DNA from: Octopus sinensis
Lineage: Eukaryota
Assembly (NCBI RefSeq): GCF_006345805.1
Contig: NC_043006.1
Location: forward strand, 1,488,001-1,552,000
Direction: 5' to 3'
Length of the DNA stretch: 64,000 bases
Position numbers and translations under genes: made by a program. This document shows positions 51,541 through 64,000 of the stretch, piece by piece; the first letter of the stretch is position 1; each line of letters begins with the position of its first letter. A model generated the notes under the pieces. The model did not search any database. It was not told where the DNA came from and saw nothing but the letters and a program-made list of their open reading frames with translations.

Positions 51541-53545
51541 TGAGGGCATTCTTTCGATATGAGTACCGTTTACATCACGTCTATTTGTTTACATTTTGAA
51601 GAAGATCGTCACTTTTCGTCATTTTTTTCCTTTTATATATGTGGGGGTTAGGGTTATGGGTGGGGGAAGGGTTTATTTTTTTTCTTCAGAAATGTAAATA
51701 AACCCACGTGGATTTATAATTGGCAGTATACCGAATGATCGCCGAAGGGTCAGATGTAGTGGACAAGGAGGACGGCTGCGCTGGTTTAGTCATATGATGC
51801 GTATGGTCATGTGGCGTGTGCATAATATTGATTTGTTATTATTTAATGTATCTTGCCGATTTTTCCATAGTTTCTATCCTTTTTCCTTTACAGCTAGCGA
51901 AATTATGATGTTGAAGGCTGATGGAGAATCTTATCCTCGTCATCAATATATTAACAAGACAATATATTTACTCAAACAATAAAGTCGCACAGAATTTATC
52001 CAAGCAAATACTTGACGTACCTCTATACCCTTATTCCACCTTTTTACTATCTTCCTGTTTAATTCTTTGTACTGTGCATTTACTTCTAGCCTCCAATACT
52101 GCCTTTTGTATTTTTATTTAACTTATATATCCGCCCTGTGCCCCACACCGTCCCATTTAATGTTCTCCGACCAGTTGAAGCGCCTCTCAGCATTCTAGAC
52201 AATAAGCTCATTCTTTTTTTCAAGAGTGGTTGTAAGAGTTCCTTTACTTCCACTTCAAAAGAATAACAAAGATTTTAAGCTCCTCCCCGTCGAAATGGTA
52301 ACTATTTTATTTTATAAGAAGACTGTCACCCGTCAGTCTAGGGCCGAATGTACAATAAGCATGGATTAGAGGATTAAGATTAAAGAGATTATCAGAATTA
52401 GAAGGAAACTTCCGTCCAGGAAGAATTTGCTTTGTGAATGAAGGGGAGATAACTATAAAAGGAAGCCTGGCTCGGTGCTTCTTTTGGCTGAGGACGGAAT
52501 TAGTGGAACCAATTAAGCGGAGGAAAAAGCGATATTATCACGGATGTAACCAGTTTATTAGTATGATAACTTTACCAAATATGTAATTTGTGTCCTCGGA
52601 GTGTCTTGTCCGTCGTTTGAAAGGAAAGAGTATAAATGGTGAGGAATCCGTTCTGAATAGTCGTCACAATTCTTCGAAATTCTCTACAAATGTCGGGTTG
52701 CGACTGATTCAACAAAGAATTGCCGAAGACACGAAATGAGGATTATTATTATTACTTGAAGACTGCCTGTTGAATATTATGGTCAGTGAAGAAGTGAAAA
52801 AAATGAGGCTGTGTTGTGTGTCTTGAAACCGTTCGCTTCATTTCTCTCTCTCTCTCTCTCTCCCTTTCTGTCCCCAATGCAGCATTCATTCTTTCCTGTT
52901 CGAAGATTGTGCTACCAACCAGTTCCATCGTTTGAACCATTGGGACTGGTGTTAGAACAACAATATTCTAATCTTCAAGTCAACAAACTCCCACCTCTAC
53001 GGACAGACGATGGATTACCCAAAGAAATACAACTAATGTATTATTATAGGTGGCAAAAAACATTCCGAAGTATTTCTTCTTGACAATGAAAAGTAGACCA
53101 GTTACAGACATTTAGAATATTATATTGTTTCGCGCTGAAGCTGTAATTAACTGAAGCAGAAAAAACATCCGGAGATAATGAGATTACGGAATCTGAACTA
53201 ACAATATTGACTGTCGCCAAAAAGAATCAGTGGAGACAGCTCGTTATTCTTCATCAGTCATTACAAAGAACATCAGGATGGAAGAACTGTTCAACAACTA
53301 GGTTCTCACAGACCTGCTGTGCTTCTCTACTCTGTTACACTGATATTATTATCTCTTTAATATTGTTTCGTTAAACAGCAATTCTGGATCAACAACAGCC
53401 TGGAGCCGAATGTGTACCAAGCAACAGCGAGGTACCGTCGGCTTGGTGTGCCGAAGAGTTGGAGCAAGATATATTCCCACCCTGGGCCACGGTGGCGGCC
53501 TTGCGGGGTGCTACCGCTGCGGCGGCACCCACGCCGCTGTCGTCT

Positions 53546-53740
53546 ATGGCGACAACGCCTTCCACATCTTCATCCCTGATTGCAACCGGTGTTGGGGCCG
53601 GGACCCAGTTGCCAGGGTTATGTGGGGAGACCACGTCAGAAGAATCTGCTGTCTACATCAACAACAATTTACCTACAAATGCCTTTCCGGCCATCGAAGA
53701 CATCCGTCGAAAAGGGAAACTCTGTGATGTAACACTAAAG
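53546..53740 (+). CDS. KLHL18: 5' coding exon of a BTB-kelch protein, kelch-like 18 type; the gene probably continues beyond the window
   Basis: LPTNAFPAIEDIRRKGKLCDVTLK|gtaagt resembles the KLHL18 N-terminus (EEIRRQGKLCDVTLK). The frame is also open upstream to about 53375, so the start is uncertain. Confidence 0.78.
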
Positions 53741-54987
53741 GTAAGTCACATCTTTATTAAGCTCTCGATCGAAATTTGTCACCCACGTACTCTATTAAGC
53801 TCCGTGTTACCTAATTAATTGAAAATTTAATTAGTGATGGCTGTTGTCTAGTCACAAAGTCAGCCCTAATAGAACAGACCTATGATCCAAGGGTGACAAA
53901 GTCACAGGGGAAAAAGTCACGATTTATGGAATCCGTACAAAACCTCGGAGACTTTTTGACCTGGATTCTATCCAAGATATCTAGCCATGACCATCTCGTC
54001 ATATTTATTCAGTCACAACGTGCTCCGAATTACATTATTTCATGTATCCTTTAAAAACGTGGAGAATGGTTTGAGGAAAATTTAGCTGTTATTTCTAGTG
54101 AGTAGAGTGACCACGTTGAACAGGGGTGGGTAACCCTCGTTTGCCTTAAAATTTGAAGGTATCCAATGACGAAGTCTCTAAAAACACCAAAAAAAAAAGT
54201 AAGTTTTAAGACCTAAACAGTAATTTAATATAAGTTGCTTAATTAAGAATTCGTGAACTTAACACTTCATTTTATTTTTCTCAGTACAGATGCATTCCAC
54301 GGGTTCTTCTAACTTTGCAATTCGCCCCTGGTACTAAGAGTGCCCCTTCACATTTCTGATGTAAACATTCCCTTTGATTAGTTTTATTAAAGTGTGGTAC
54401 TACCTCGTGGATGGCACCCTACCACTTAAGTGGTTTTGCACTCAAAGGAAACCATGTTTCTTCACTTCACTCGACGTTATTGAGAAAAACATGAACGTTC
54501 ACGCCTCATCTTAGGGTTTTGTTCCCCTTGCAAAAGTGACTGAGCCTAACCCTCGTGTACAAAGTCTTGTTGGTTTCATGAAAGACCAACTTTAATATAA
54601 ATATATTCTAGTTGTAAAGAAGATTCTTTGGAGTGTTTCTGGCACTTAATTCCAGTTTCATAGCATTTAGTGTATGTAAAATAAATCCTCCCATGATTAG
54701 ACACTATTCTATCATAGGTAACAATTCATTAGATCTTGTATCTATATGAACTCAGACCAACAAAGCATTCTACCCAGAAAACGAAATATTCCCCCAGGCA
54801 TGGCTGTGTGGTAAGAAGTTTGCTTCCCAACCACAAGGTTCCAAGTTCAGTCCTTCCTTGTGGCACCATGGGTAGGTGTCTTCTACTATAGCCTTGGGCC
54901 AGCCAAAGCTTTGTGAGTGTATTTGGTAGATGGAAACTGAAAGAAGCCTGTTGTATGTGTGTGTGTGTATATATATATATATATGTG

Positions 54988-55023
54988 TGTCTGATGAACG
55001 GCAACGAGAAACTCAGAGTAACA
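54988..55023 (+). ncRNA. Type I hammerhead motif, 5'-truncated copy of the 63.8 kb family
   Basis: UGU-CUGAUGA-ACG gcaa CGA-GAAA-CUCAGAG-UA-ACA. Confidence 0.68.
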
Positions 55024-58000
55024 GATTTTGTTGAATTTTCTGCTGCTTTAAATAAAGCATATTACTCTACCACTGGTATTTGAGTACTCTTTTTTCCACC
55101 TTGTTTCACATTTATGTGTTTACTCCGGTGTAACCCACTCCTTATAAAAGTTTGAGCGACTCTGCACAAGTAGGAAGAACAAACAGCTGAAAAAAAATAT
55201 ATATATATAGTAATCATTGATTAATATTTGCCTTCCAAGCTGGCATGAGTTGGACAGTTCAACAGGAGTTGGCCAAGCAGAAGACTGCACCAGACATTCT
55301 GTGTCTGTCTCGGCATGGTTCTGTGGCTGGAGGTCCTTCCTAACACCAACCACCCTGCAGAGTGGACTGAGTGTTTTTTACGTGGCACCAGCACAGGTGA
55401 GGTCAGTTTTGACATGCTCTTTCTAGCTGGATACACTTCCAAAATGCTAACCACTTAACACTGTGGACTGAATGCTTTTTACATGATGTATATATATATA
55501 TGTGTGTGTGTGTTTGTTCTCCATCATCAAATAGCAACCAGTGTTGGTGTGTTTACGTTCCCATACCTTAGCAGTTCCTGCCAAAGAGACCGATAGAATA
55601 AGTACGAGGCTTTAAAAAACACAGGTTAAGTGCTGGGGTTGAATTATTCAACTTCAACAATTCTTCAAGTCTGAAACAGGTAAAAAAAATAATTATGAGC
55701 ACTTATAAATCCATTAGGTGCAAGTTTACTTCCTCATTCTCTCAGGCATCTCCTTTTTCCCTTTTAGAGTTGTGGTTCTCAACCAATTTTTTACCTGCCG
55801 ACCACCCCCACCTGATTTCTATTGTACTCTACTGGATCCCCATAGCCATTTGATGTTTACAAAATATCCTATTTTATTTTTATAATTAAATATTATTAAG
55901 AATTGTATTTTAAAAAATGTTGAAATATTTTGTGCATTGTAGAGGCATATCAAATTTAGTGCCCGTGAATTTTAACAACAAAATCTTCTGTTGGACCCTG
56001 GTTGAAAAACCACAGTTCCAGTGGGTATCAATCGACCCCAGTAGAATTTCGAACAGTCAGACATCAATGAACAGCCACACATCAACAGACCTTTTCCATA
56101 TAAGCCCTCTCCACCAGCTGAAAGGGAGACAAAGAAACCTTTACATGTTCACTTGACTTGCTAGAAATGGTAGTGAAACCACCCTCAAATCACACCTCAC
56201 CATTTTTAAGAAACAAAGAACATATTAGATAAGGTAGTCAACAACAAAATGAAAAGAATATGTGTATGTATGTATATATTCTTGTTACCACTTTTACCCC
56301 TCTGTAAAAAATCCCAAATTTTATTTAATTTGCTTTGCGGGAAGGACTATTTCAGTGATGTTGCATCTTGTCCTTACCTTCGAAACGCAGAGTGGATGAA
56401 ACAGGGACAACTGAAGAAGGGGAATATTCCTTGTGTTGTATGTCTTGTGCTCTGATTTTTCGTTGTTTGAAAAAAAGTTCGTTTCCATGTTTTTGTTTTT
56501 ATGTTTCCGTTTCTCATTGTGTTCAACGTTTTTTGATGTCCTGTACCCATATATGCATGTATATATACATATCGATGTAGGTATGTGCATATATGTATGT
56601 ATATATGCATACACTTATATATTATTTATATTATATATATATTGGTGCAAACATGAAAACTAGAACTCAAAATATGAGTATATGTATATTTTTATTGATA
56701 TTTAGTAAAAGTAATCGTGTCTCAAGGTCTGAGAGTTTCGTGCGTTGGCACTTATTGTGCCAACGCATGAAACTCTCGGCCCTTGAGTCACTCTGTTACT
56801 TCTGTTAAATATTAATAAAAATATACATATATATATGTTGTTATGTCTGGGGATGGTCATTTTTGGCAATTAAACACATGCCCTGTATCCTTAGTCTTCA
56901 CATCAGCTTTATTATTATTATCATTATTATAATGTCTTTAGTCACACATCCTCTTCAGCGACTCTTTATCCTAAGTAAGAGGAGACACTTGGGATAGTCA
57001 CTGAAGAGGTCACAGGATGTATGACAAAAGAGCTTTGACAAAAAACACTAAAACAATAACAATAATAATAACAAGGCTGAAGTAAAGACTAAGTACACAG
57101 TGCATGTATTCAATTGGCAAAAATATGACCATCCCCAAATATAACAATTATCTTTTGTTTTTTGATGTTTCCTACAATTTTTTCAAATTGTGTTAGAAAT
57201 TCTATCATTATAAATTCAAAATGAAAGACATTTAATCATTTGTTTGACTTTCAGAATAACTGTCTTACATAAATTGGAATTTCTCATTTTTGTGGGGTGA
57301 GGGGGGGGGGGATTTAGGTTTTCCCACATTTTATAAAAGTATACCATATTTTAAAACATTCACGGAAGGACTTCCTTTAAAACTTATTAATCCCTGGCTT
57401 TTTAAAATGAAGAAATGGTAGTTCAAAACTTTTCCTCTGTAAATGCATATTAGAAATGTTTCAAAATGTGGAATTCTATAACATTGAATATAAATTGTAC
57501 AATATACTTAGAACAACAACCAAACTTAGCTTACAGTTAGATTAGTCCCCTCTGCCAACCAATAAAAGCATGTTTCTTGCTTATGTTTGCTTCAACAAGA
57601 GTTCTTTGAAAGACAGCTGCAAACGAAGAGGCAGTATTTTGTTTTTGAGATGGGACACCATTGATGGTAGGCTCTTACTGCAGCTTCGTTTCATTGAGAA
57701 AGTTCTACCTTGTGTTTACGGCACACTCTATAATCCATAGGCAACATAGGGTTGCAAAGAAAGGAAATGCGTGTTGTGTTCTTGAGCAAGACACTTTATT
57801 TCACGTTGCTTCAGTTCACTCAGCTGTAGAAATGAGTTGCGACATCACTGGTGCCAAGCTGTATCGGCCCCTTTGCCTTTCCCTTGGATAACATTGGTGG
57901 CATGGAGAGGGGAGGCTGGTACGCATGGGCAACTGCTGGTCTTCCATAAACAACCTTGCCCGGACTTGGACCTTGGAGGGTAACTTTCTAGGTGCAATCC

Positions 58001-58272
58001 CATGGTCTGTGTCGTGACCGAAGGGGGTCTCAGATTTATATTATGCATGTATATATATATTATTTATATATATACATATATATATATATATATACATCAT
58101 CATCATCATCATCATCATTTAACGTCCGCTTTCCATGCTAGCATGGGTTGGACGGTTCAACTGGTGTCTGGGGAGCCCGAAGGCTGCACCAGGCCAGTCA
58201 GATCTGGCAGTGTTTCTACAGCTGGATGCCCTTCCTAACGCCAACCACTCCGAGAGTGTAGTGGGTGATTTT

Positions 58273-58868
58273 ATGTGCCACCGACACAGGTGCCAGACGA
58301 GGCTGGCGAACGGCCACGCTCGGATGGTGTTTTTATGTGCCACCGACACAGGTGCCAGACAAGGCTGGCAGACAACCACGCTCGGATGGTGTTTTTATGT
58401 GCCACCGACACAGGTGCCAGACGAAGCTGGCGAACGGCCACGCTCGGATGGTGTTTTTATGTGCCACCGACACAGGTGCCAGACAAGGCTGACAGACGAC
58501 CACGCTCGGATGGTGTTTTTATGTGCCACCGACACAGGTGCCAGACGAGGCTGGCGAACGGCCACGCTCGGATGGTGTTTTTATGTGCCACCGACACAGG
58601 TGCCAGACAAGGCTAGCAGACGACCACGCTCGGATAGTGTTTTTATGTGCCACCGACACAGGTGCCAGACAAGGCTGACAGACGACCACGCTTGGATGGT
58701 GTTTTTATGTGCCACCGACACAGGTGCCAGACGAGGCTGGCGAACGGCCACGCTCGGATGGTGTTTTTATGTGCCACCGACACAGGTGCCAGACAAGGCT
58801 AGCAGACGACCACGCTCGGATAGTGTTTTTATGTGCCACCGACACAGGTGCCAGATGAGGCTGGCGAA
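58273..58868. repeat. 62-bp minisatellite (about 10 units) inside an RTE-tail element
   Basis: ATGTGCCACCGACACAGGTGCCAGA starts at 58273, 58335, ... 58831. Confidence 0.9.
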
Positions 58869-59584
58869 ATATATATTTATATTATGCATGTATATATATA
58901 TTATTTATATATATACATATACACACCTTGCCTATATATATACATCACTCTTACACACATTCAATCTACTCGCCATTAATACCACCATGACACTGGACAC
59001 ACACACACACTACTACTCAACACACGCTGGCACGCTACATACGCCCCCACCCCTTCCCCTCCCTCCCTTCCTCCTTCCTTCTTTTTCTTACTACTGACCT
59101 CCCTTCCTCCTTCCTTCTTTTTCTTAGTACTGACCTCGTCTGCTAGCTGACCACTAGTCTCGCCCTACCTCACACGCCTACACACAGACGCACACACTAA
59201 CACACACATATATTTTTTTGTTTTTTCATCTCGCCTCACACACACACATACACACACGCACATGCACACACTCACACATACACACACATCTGTTGGGTTA
59301 CCAACCTTGTCTCCACTCTTTTGCCTTTAAAAACCCACTTTGCTCTTGTTATCGTCAACATCCGCCTTTCACCATGTGCAACTCGTAAACACCAGTCGTC
59401 TTTTTTCTCTTTCCCTGTTGCCCGCTCTGGGATCTTTCTTTCCTCTCTCTTCTTCTTTATGTTTCCGACGAAGAGCTCCGCTCGAAACGTCATACCTCCC
59501 TGCTTCCATCTCCTGAGCGCCTATTAATAATAATACTGTAATTGTTCCTGTTGTTGTTGTTTTTTTGTTTCCCTTTTGGATTAA

Positions 59585-60785
<1,201 letters not shown>

Positions 60786-60959
60786 TTTTTCGGGCTGAAA
60801 CATGTTTAAGGATTTAAGGATATATAGTATGTATGTATACATATATGTATGGTTATGTATATATATGTACACATACATATATATATGTATGCATATATAT
60901 ATGTATACATGCATATATATATAATGAATACACACACACACACACACACACATATATAT

Positions 60960-62222
60960 TTTGCAATATTATTTTGTTCCCTTAGTTTTACCTGTTTGCA
61001 TTTGAATCCCCTTCAAAGTCTTCTTCATCTGAATCCATGCATCAATCCAAACGCATTTTCCTCTGTTTGAAGCAATCCTGGAACTCTTGCAAACTGATGC
61101 CTTTTAACGTCTCCATTGTTTTTTTCCTTCACCTCTTCCACATCTGCCAAGCGTTTTCCTTTAAGGACTTTTTTTTCATTCGGGGGCATAAAAAAAAAAA
61201 GGTTGCTGGGAGCAAGATCTGGTGAATAGGGAGAGTGGGTAAGCAGGGTGATGCCATTTTTGATCTAAAACTGTCTCACACTCAAGGGCAGTGTGCACAG
61301 ACACAATGTTGTGATGAAACCACTACTCACCACTTTGCCACAGGTCAGGACATTTTCATCTCACCACACTTCGCAAACGCTTCATAACTGCCAAGTAAAA
61401 TGTCTGGTTAACAGTTTGACCCAGAGGATCAAATTTTCTGTGGACAATTCCTTTCGCATTAATGAAACAAATCAGCTTTGTCCTGACATTGGACTTGGCT
61501 TCATGTGCTTTTTTGACTTCTTGCATTGACTTGATTCCTGCTTTGGATCTGCATTGTAGCCATGGCGACCTTTGAAAAAAGGTCCAGATCAACTTCCAAC
61601 TGTTCTTTCAGTTCACATCACACATCCAGTCCTGGCCGCTGTTAATCTTCCATGAGCAAGCGAGTCACAGAGTTTGTTGCAACTCTTTTCATTCACAATT
61701 CCTCACTCAAAATTCGTTGGCAGGGAATCCAGGACATACCAGTCATATCAACAAGTTCATCAATTGTTCAGTGAGAGTCCTCCAAGATCTGTTCATACAT
61801 TTTCATGATGTTTTTATTCATTCAAGAAGGTTGACAGATGCCCTGAATGAGGTTGGTCTTCAAGAGACAAGTGACCATTCCTAAAGCATGAAAACCATTC
61901 GTGAACTGGTGTTTTACTTGTGGCAGTGTCCCTGTTAGCTTTTAAAAGCGTGACAACTGTTTCGGCTGCTGTTTTCTCCAGCAGTAAACAGAATGCATGG
62001 AAGCATGCTGTTCCTTTTGTTTCAGCCACCACAAAAACCAATGAACCGGGAAGAAGCACTGCAAAACAAAGGTGCATCACATGGTGGTACGACTTCTCTC
62101 AACGACACAAGTCAGCAGACTTATGTCTGAGGATTGCACTTAGTGGCTTCTAGCGGCCGAAGCCTGAACTACCGCGGGCTTGTCCCACAAAGAACAATTC
62201 TGGTTACTTTTGGGTACCCCAC
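60960..62222 (-). mobile_element. Decayed Tc1/mariner element, copy 1
   Basis: K.AAET...VHEWF..F..G..SLED.P.SG; SNV...LICF...GIVH..F...GQTVN..FY. Confidence 0.85.
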
Positions 62223-62424
62223 CATATATATATTATATATATATATATTATTTTTCGGGCTGAAACATGTTTAAGGATTTAAGGATATATAGTATGTATG
62301 TATACATATATGTATGGTTATGTATATATATGTACACATACATATATATATGTATGCATATATATATGTATACATGCATATATATATAATGAATACACAC
62401 ACACACACACACACACATATATAT

Positions 62425-63694
62425 TTTGCAATATTATTTTGTTCCCTTAGTTTTACCTGTTTGCATTTGAATCCCCTTCAAAGTCTTCTTCATCTGAATC
62501 CATGCATCAATCCAAACGCATTTTCCTCTGTTGAAGCAATCCTGGAACTCTTGCAAACTGATGCCTTTTAACGTCTCCATTGTTTTTTTCCTTCACCTCT
62601 TCCACATCTGCCACATCTGCCAAGCGTTTTCCTTTAAGGACTTTTTTTTCATTCGGGGGCATAAAAAAAAAAGGTTGCTGGGAGCAAGATCTGGTGAATA
62701 GGGAGAGTGGGTAAGCAGGGTGATGCCATTTTTGATCTAAAACTGTCTCACACTCAAGGGCAGTGTGCACAGACACAATGTTGTGATGAAACCACTACTC
62801 ACCACTTTGCCACAGGTCAGGACATTTTCATCTCACCACACTTCGCAAACGCTTCATAACTGCCAAGTAAAATGTCTGGTTAACAGTTTGACCCAGAGGA
62901 TCAAATTTTCTGTGGACAATTCCTTTCGCATTAATGAAACAAATCAGCTTTGTCCTGACATTGGACTTGGCTTCATGTGCTTTTTTGACTTCTTGCATTG
63001 ACTTGATTCCTGCTTTGGATCTGCATTGTAGCCATGGCGACCTTTGAAAAAAGGTCCAGATCAACTTCCAACTGTTCTTTCAGTTCACATCACACATCCA
63101 GTCCTGGCCGCTGTTAATCTTCCATGAGCAAGCGAGTCACAGAGTTTGTTGCAACTCTTTTCATTCACAATTCCTCACTCAAAATTCGTTGGCAGGGAAT
63201 CCAGGACATACCAGTCATATCAACAAGTTCATCAATTGTTCAGTGAGAGTCCTCCAAGATCTGTTCATACATTTTCATGATGTTTTTATTCATTCAAGAA
63301 GGTTGACAGATGCCCTGAATGAGGTTGGTCTTCAAGAGACAAGTGACCATTCCTAAAGCATGAAAACCATTCGTGAACTGGTGTTTTACTTGTGGCAGTG
63401 TCCCTGTTAGCTTTTAAAAGCGTGACAACTGTTTCGGCTGCTGTTTTCTCCAGCAGTAAACAGAATGCATGGAAGCATGCTGTTCCTTTTGTTTCAGCCA
63501 CCACAAAAACCAATGAACCGGGAAGAAGCACTGCAAAACAAAGGTGCATCACATGGTGGTACGACTTCTCTCAACGACACAAGTCAGCAGACTTATGTCT
63601 GAGGATTGCACTTAGTGGCTTCTAGCGGCCGAAGCCTGAACTACCGCGGGCTTGTCCCACAAAGAACAATTCTGGTTACTTTTGGGTACCCCAC
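62425..63694 (-). mobile_element. Decayed Tc1/mariner element, copy 2 (tandem duplicate)
   Basis: Same translated fragments as copy 1. Confidence 0.85.
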
Positions 63695-63820
63695 CATATA
63701 TATATTTATATATATATATATACCGGAGTAAACACATAAATGTGAAACAAGGTGGAAAAAAGAGTACTCAAATACCAGTGGTAGAGTAATATGCTTTATT
63801 TAAAGCAGCAGAAAATTCAA

Positions 63821-63870
63821 CAAAACCTGTTACTCTGAGTTTCACGTTGCCGTTCGTCGGACAGTTTTTG
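63821..63870 (-). ncRNA. Type I hammerhead ribozyme (CCGACGA core)
   Basis: CAAAAACUGU-CCGACGA-ACG gcaa CGU-GAAA-CUCAGAG-UA-ACAGGUUUUG. Confidence 0.75.
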
Positions 63871-64000
63871 CTAGAATAGAATTGATATGTCAATTCTATC
63901 CAGACTAGTATAAACGCTACACCTTTAAAAATGGACTTGTTTGATTGGTCCTTTACAAATAACGGTCAATTTTCGAGCGATAAACAAAAATGAGCTCAAA

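Noticed and set aside
51640-51672. Telomere-like GGGTTAGGG / G-quadruplex
   Set aside because: It has only one or two units and is probably part of a repeat.
56355-56435. CUGAAGA plus hairpin as a hammerhead
   Set aside because: No GAAA follows the putative stem II.
58273-58868. CRISPR-like array and the 320-aa ORF
   Set aside because: There are no unique spacers and no cas genes; it is a tandem expansion in a LINE 3'UTR.

Overview
This is AT-rich, repeat-dense animal genomic DNA; the SINE/LINE content resembles octopus (inferred). It holds two host genes on the + strand. The first is a carotenoid-cleavage oxygenase of the BCO1/BCO2/RPE65/NinaB family: nine GT-AG exons from 11665 to 36790, phase-consistent, about 495 codons, all four Fe-ligand His present, first exon not located. 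The second is the 5' BTB-encoding exon of a KLHL18-like kelch gene (about 53546-53740). The rest is tRNA-SINEs, RTE and CR1-type LINE fragments, a young non-autonomous Gypsy LTR element, Helitron-type and piggyBac-type non-autonomous elements, a decayed Chapaev3-like transposon, a tandemly duplicated mariner remnant and long TA/GTA microsatellites. The main unannotated signal is about nine minimal type-I hammerhead ribozyme motifs, from several families, inside Penelope-like fragments with fold-backs; several have a CCGA core. There is also a decayed 325-bp hammerhead tandem repeat (candidate retrozyme), an in-frame duplicate of the oxygenase's last exon, and an inverted duplication flanking one oxygenase exon. 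All calls were made by eye, with no searches run.
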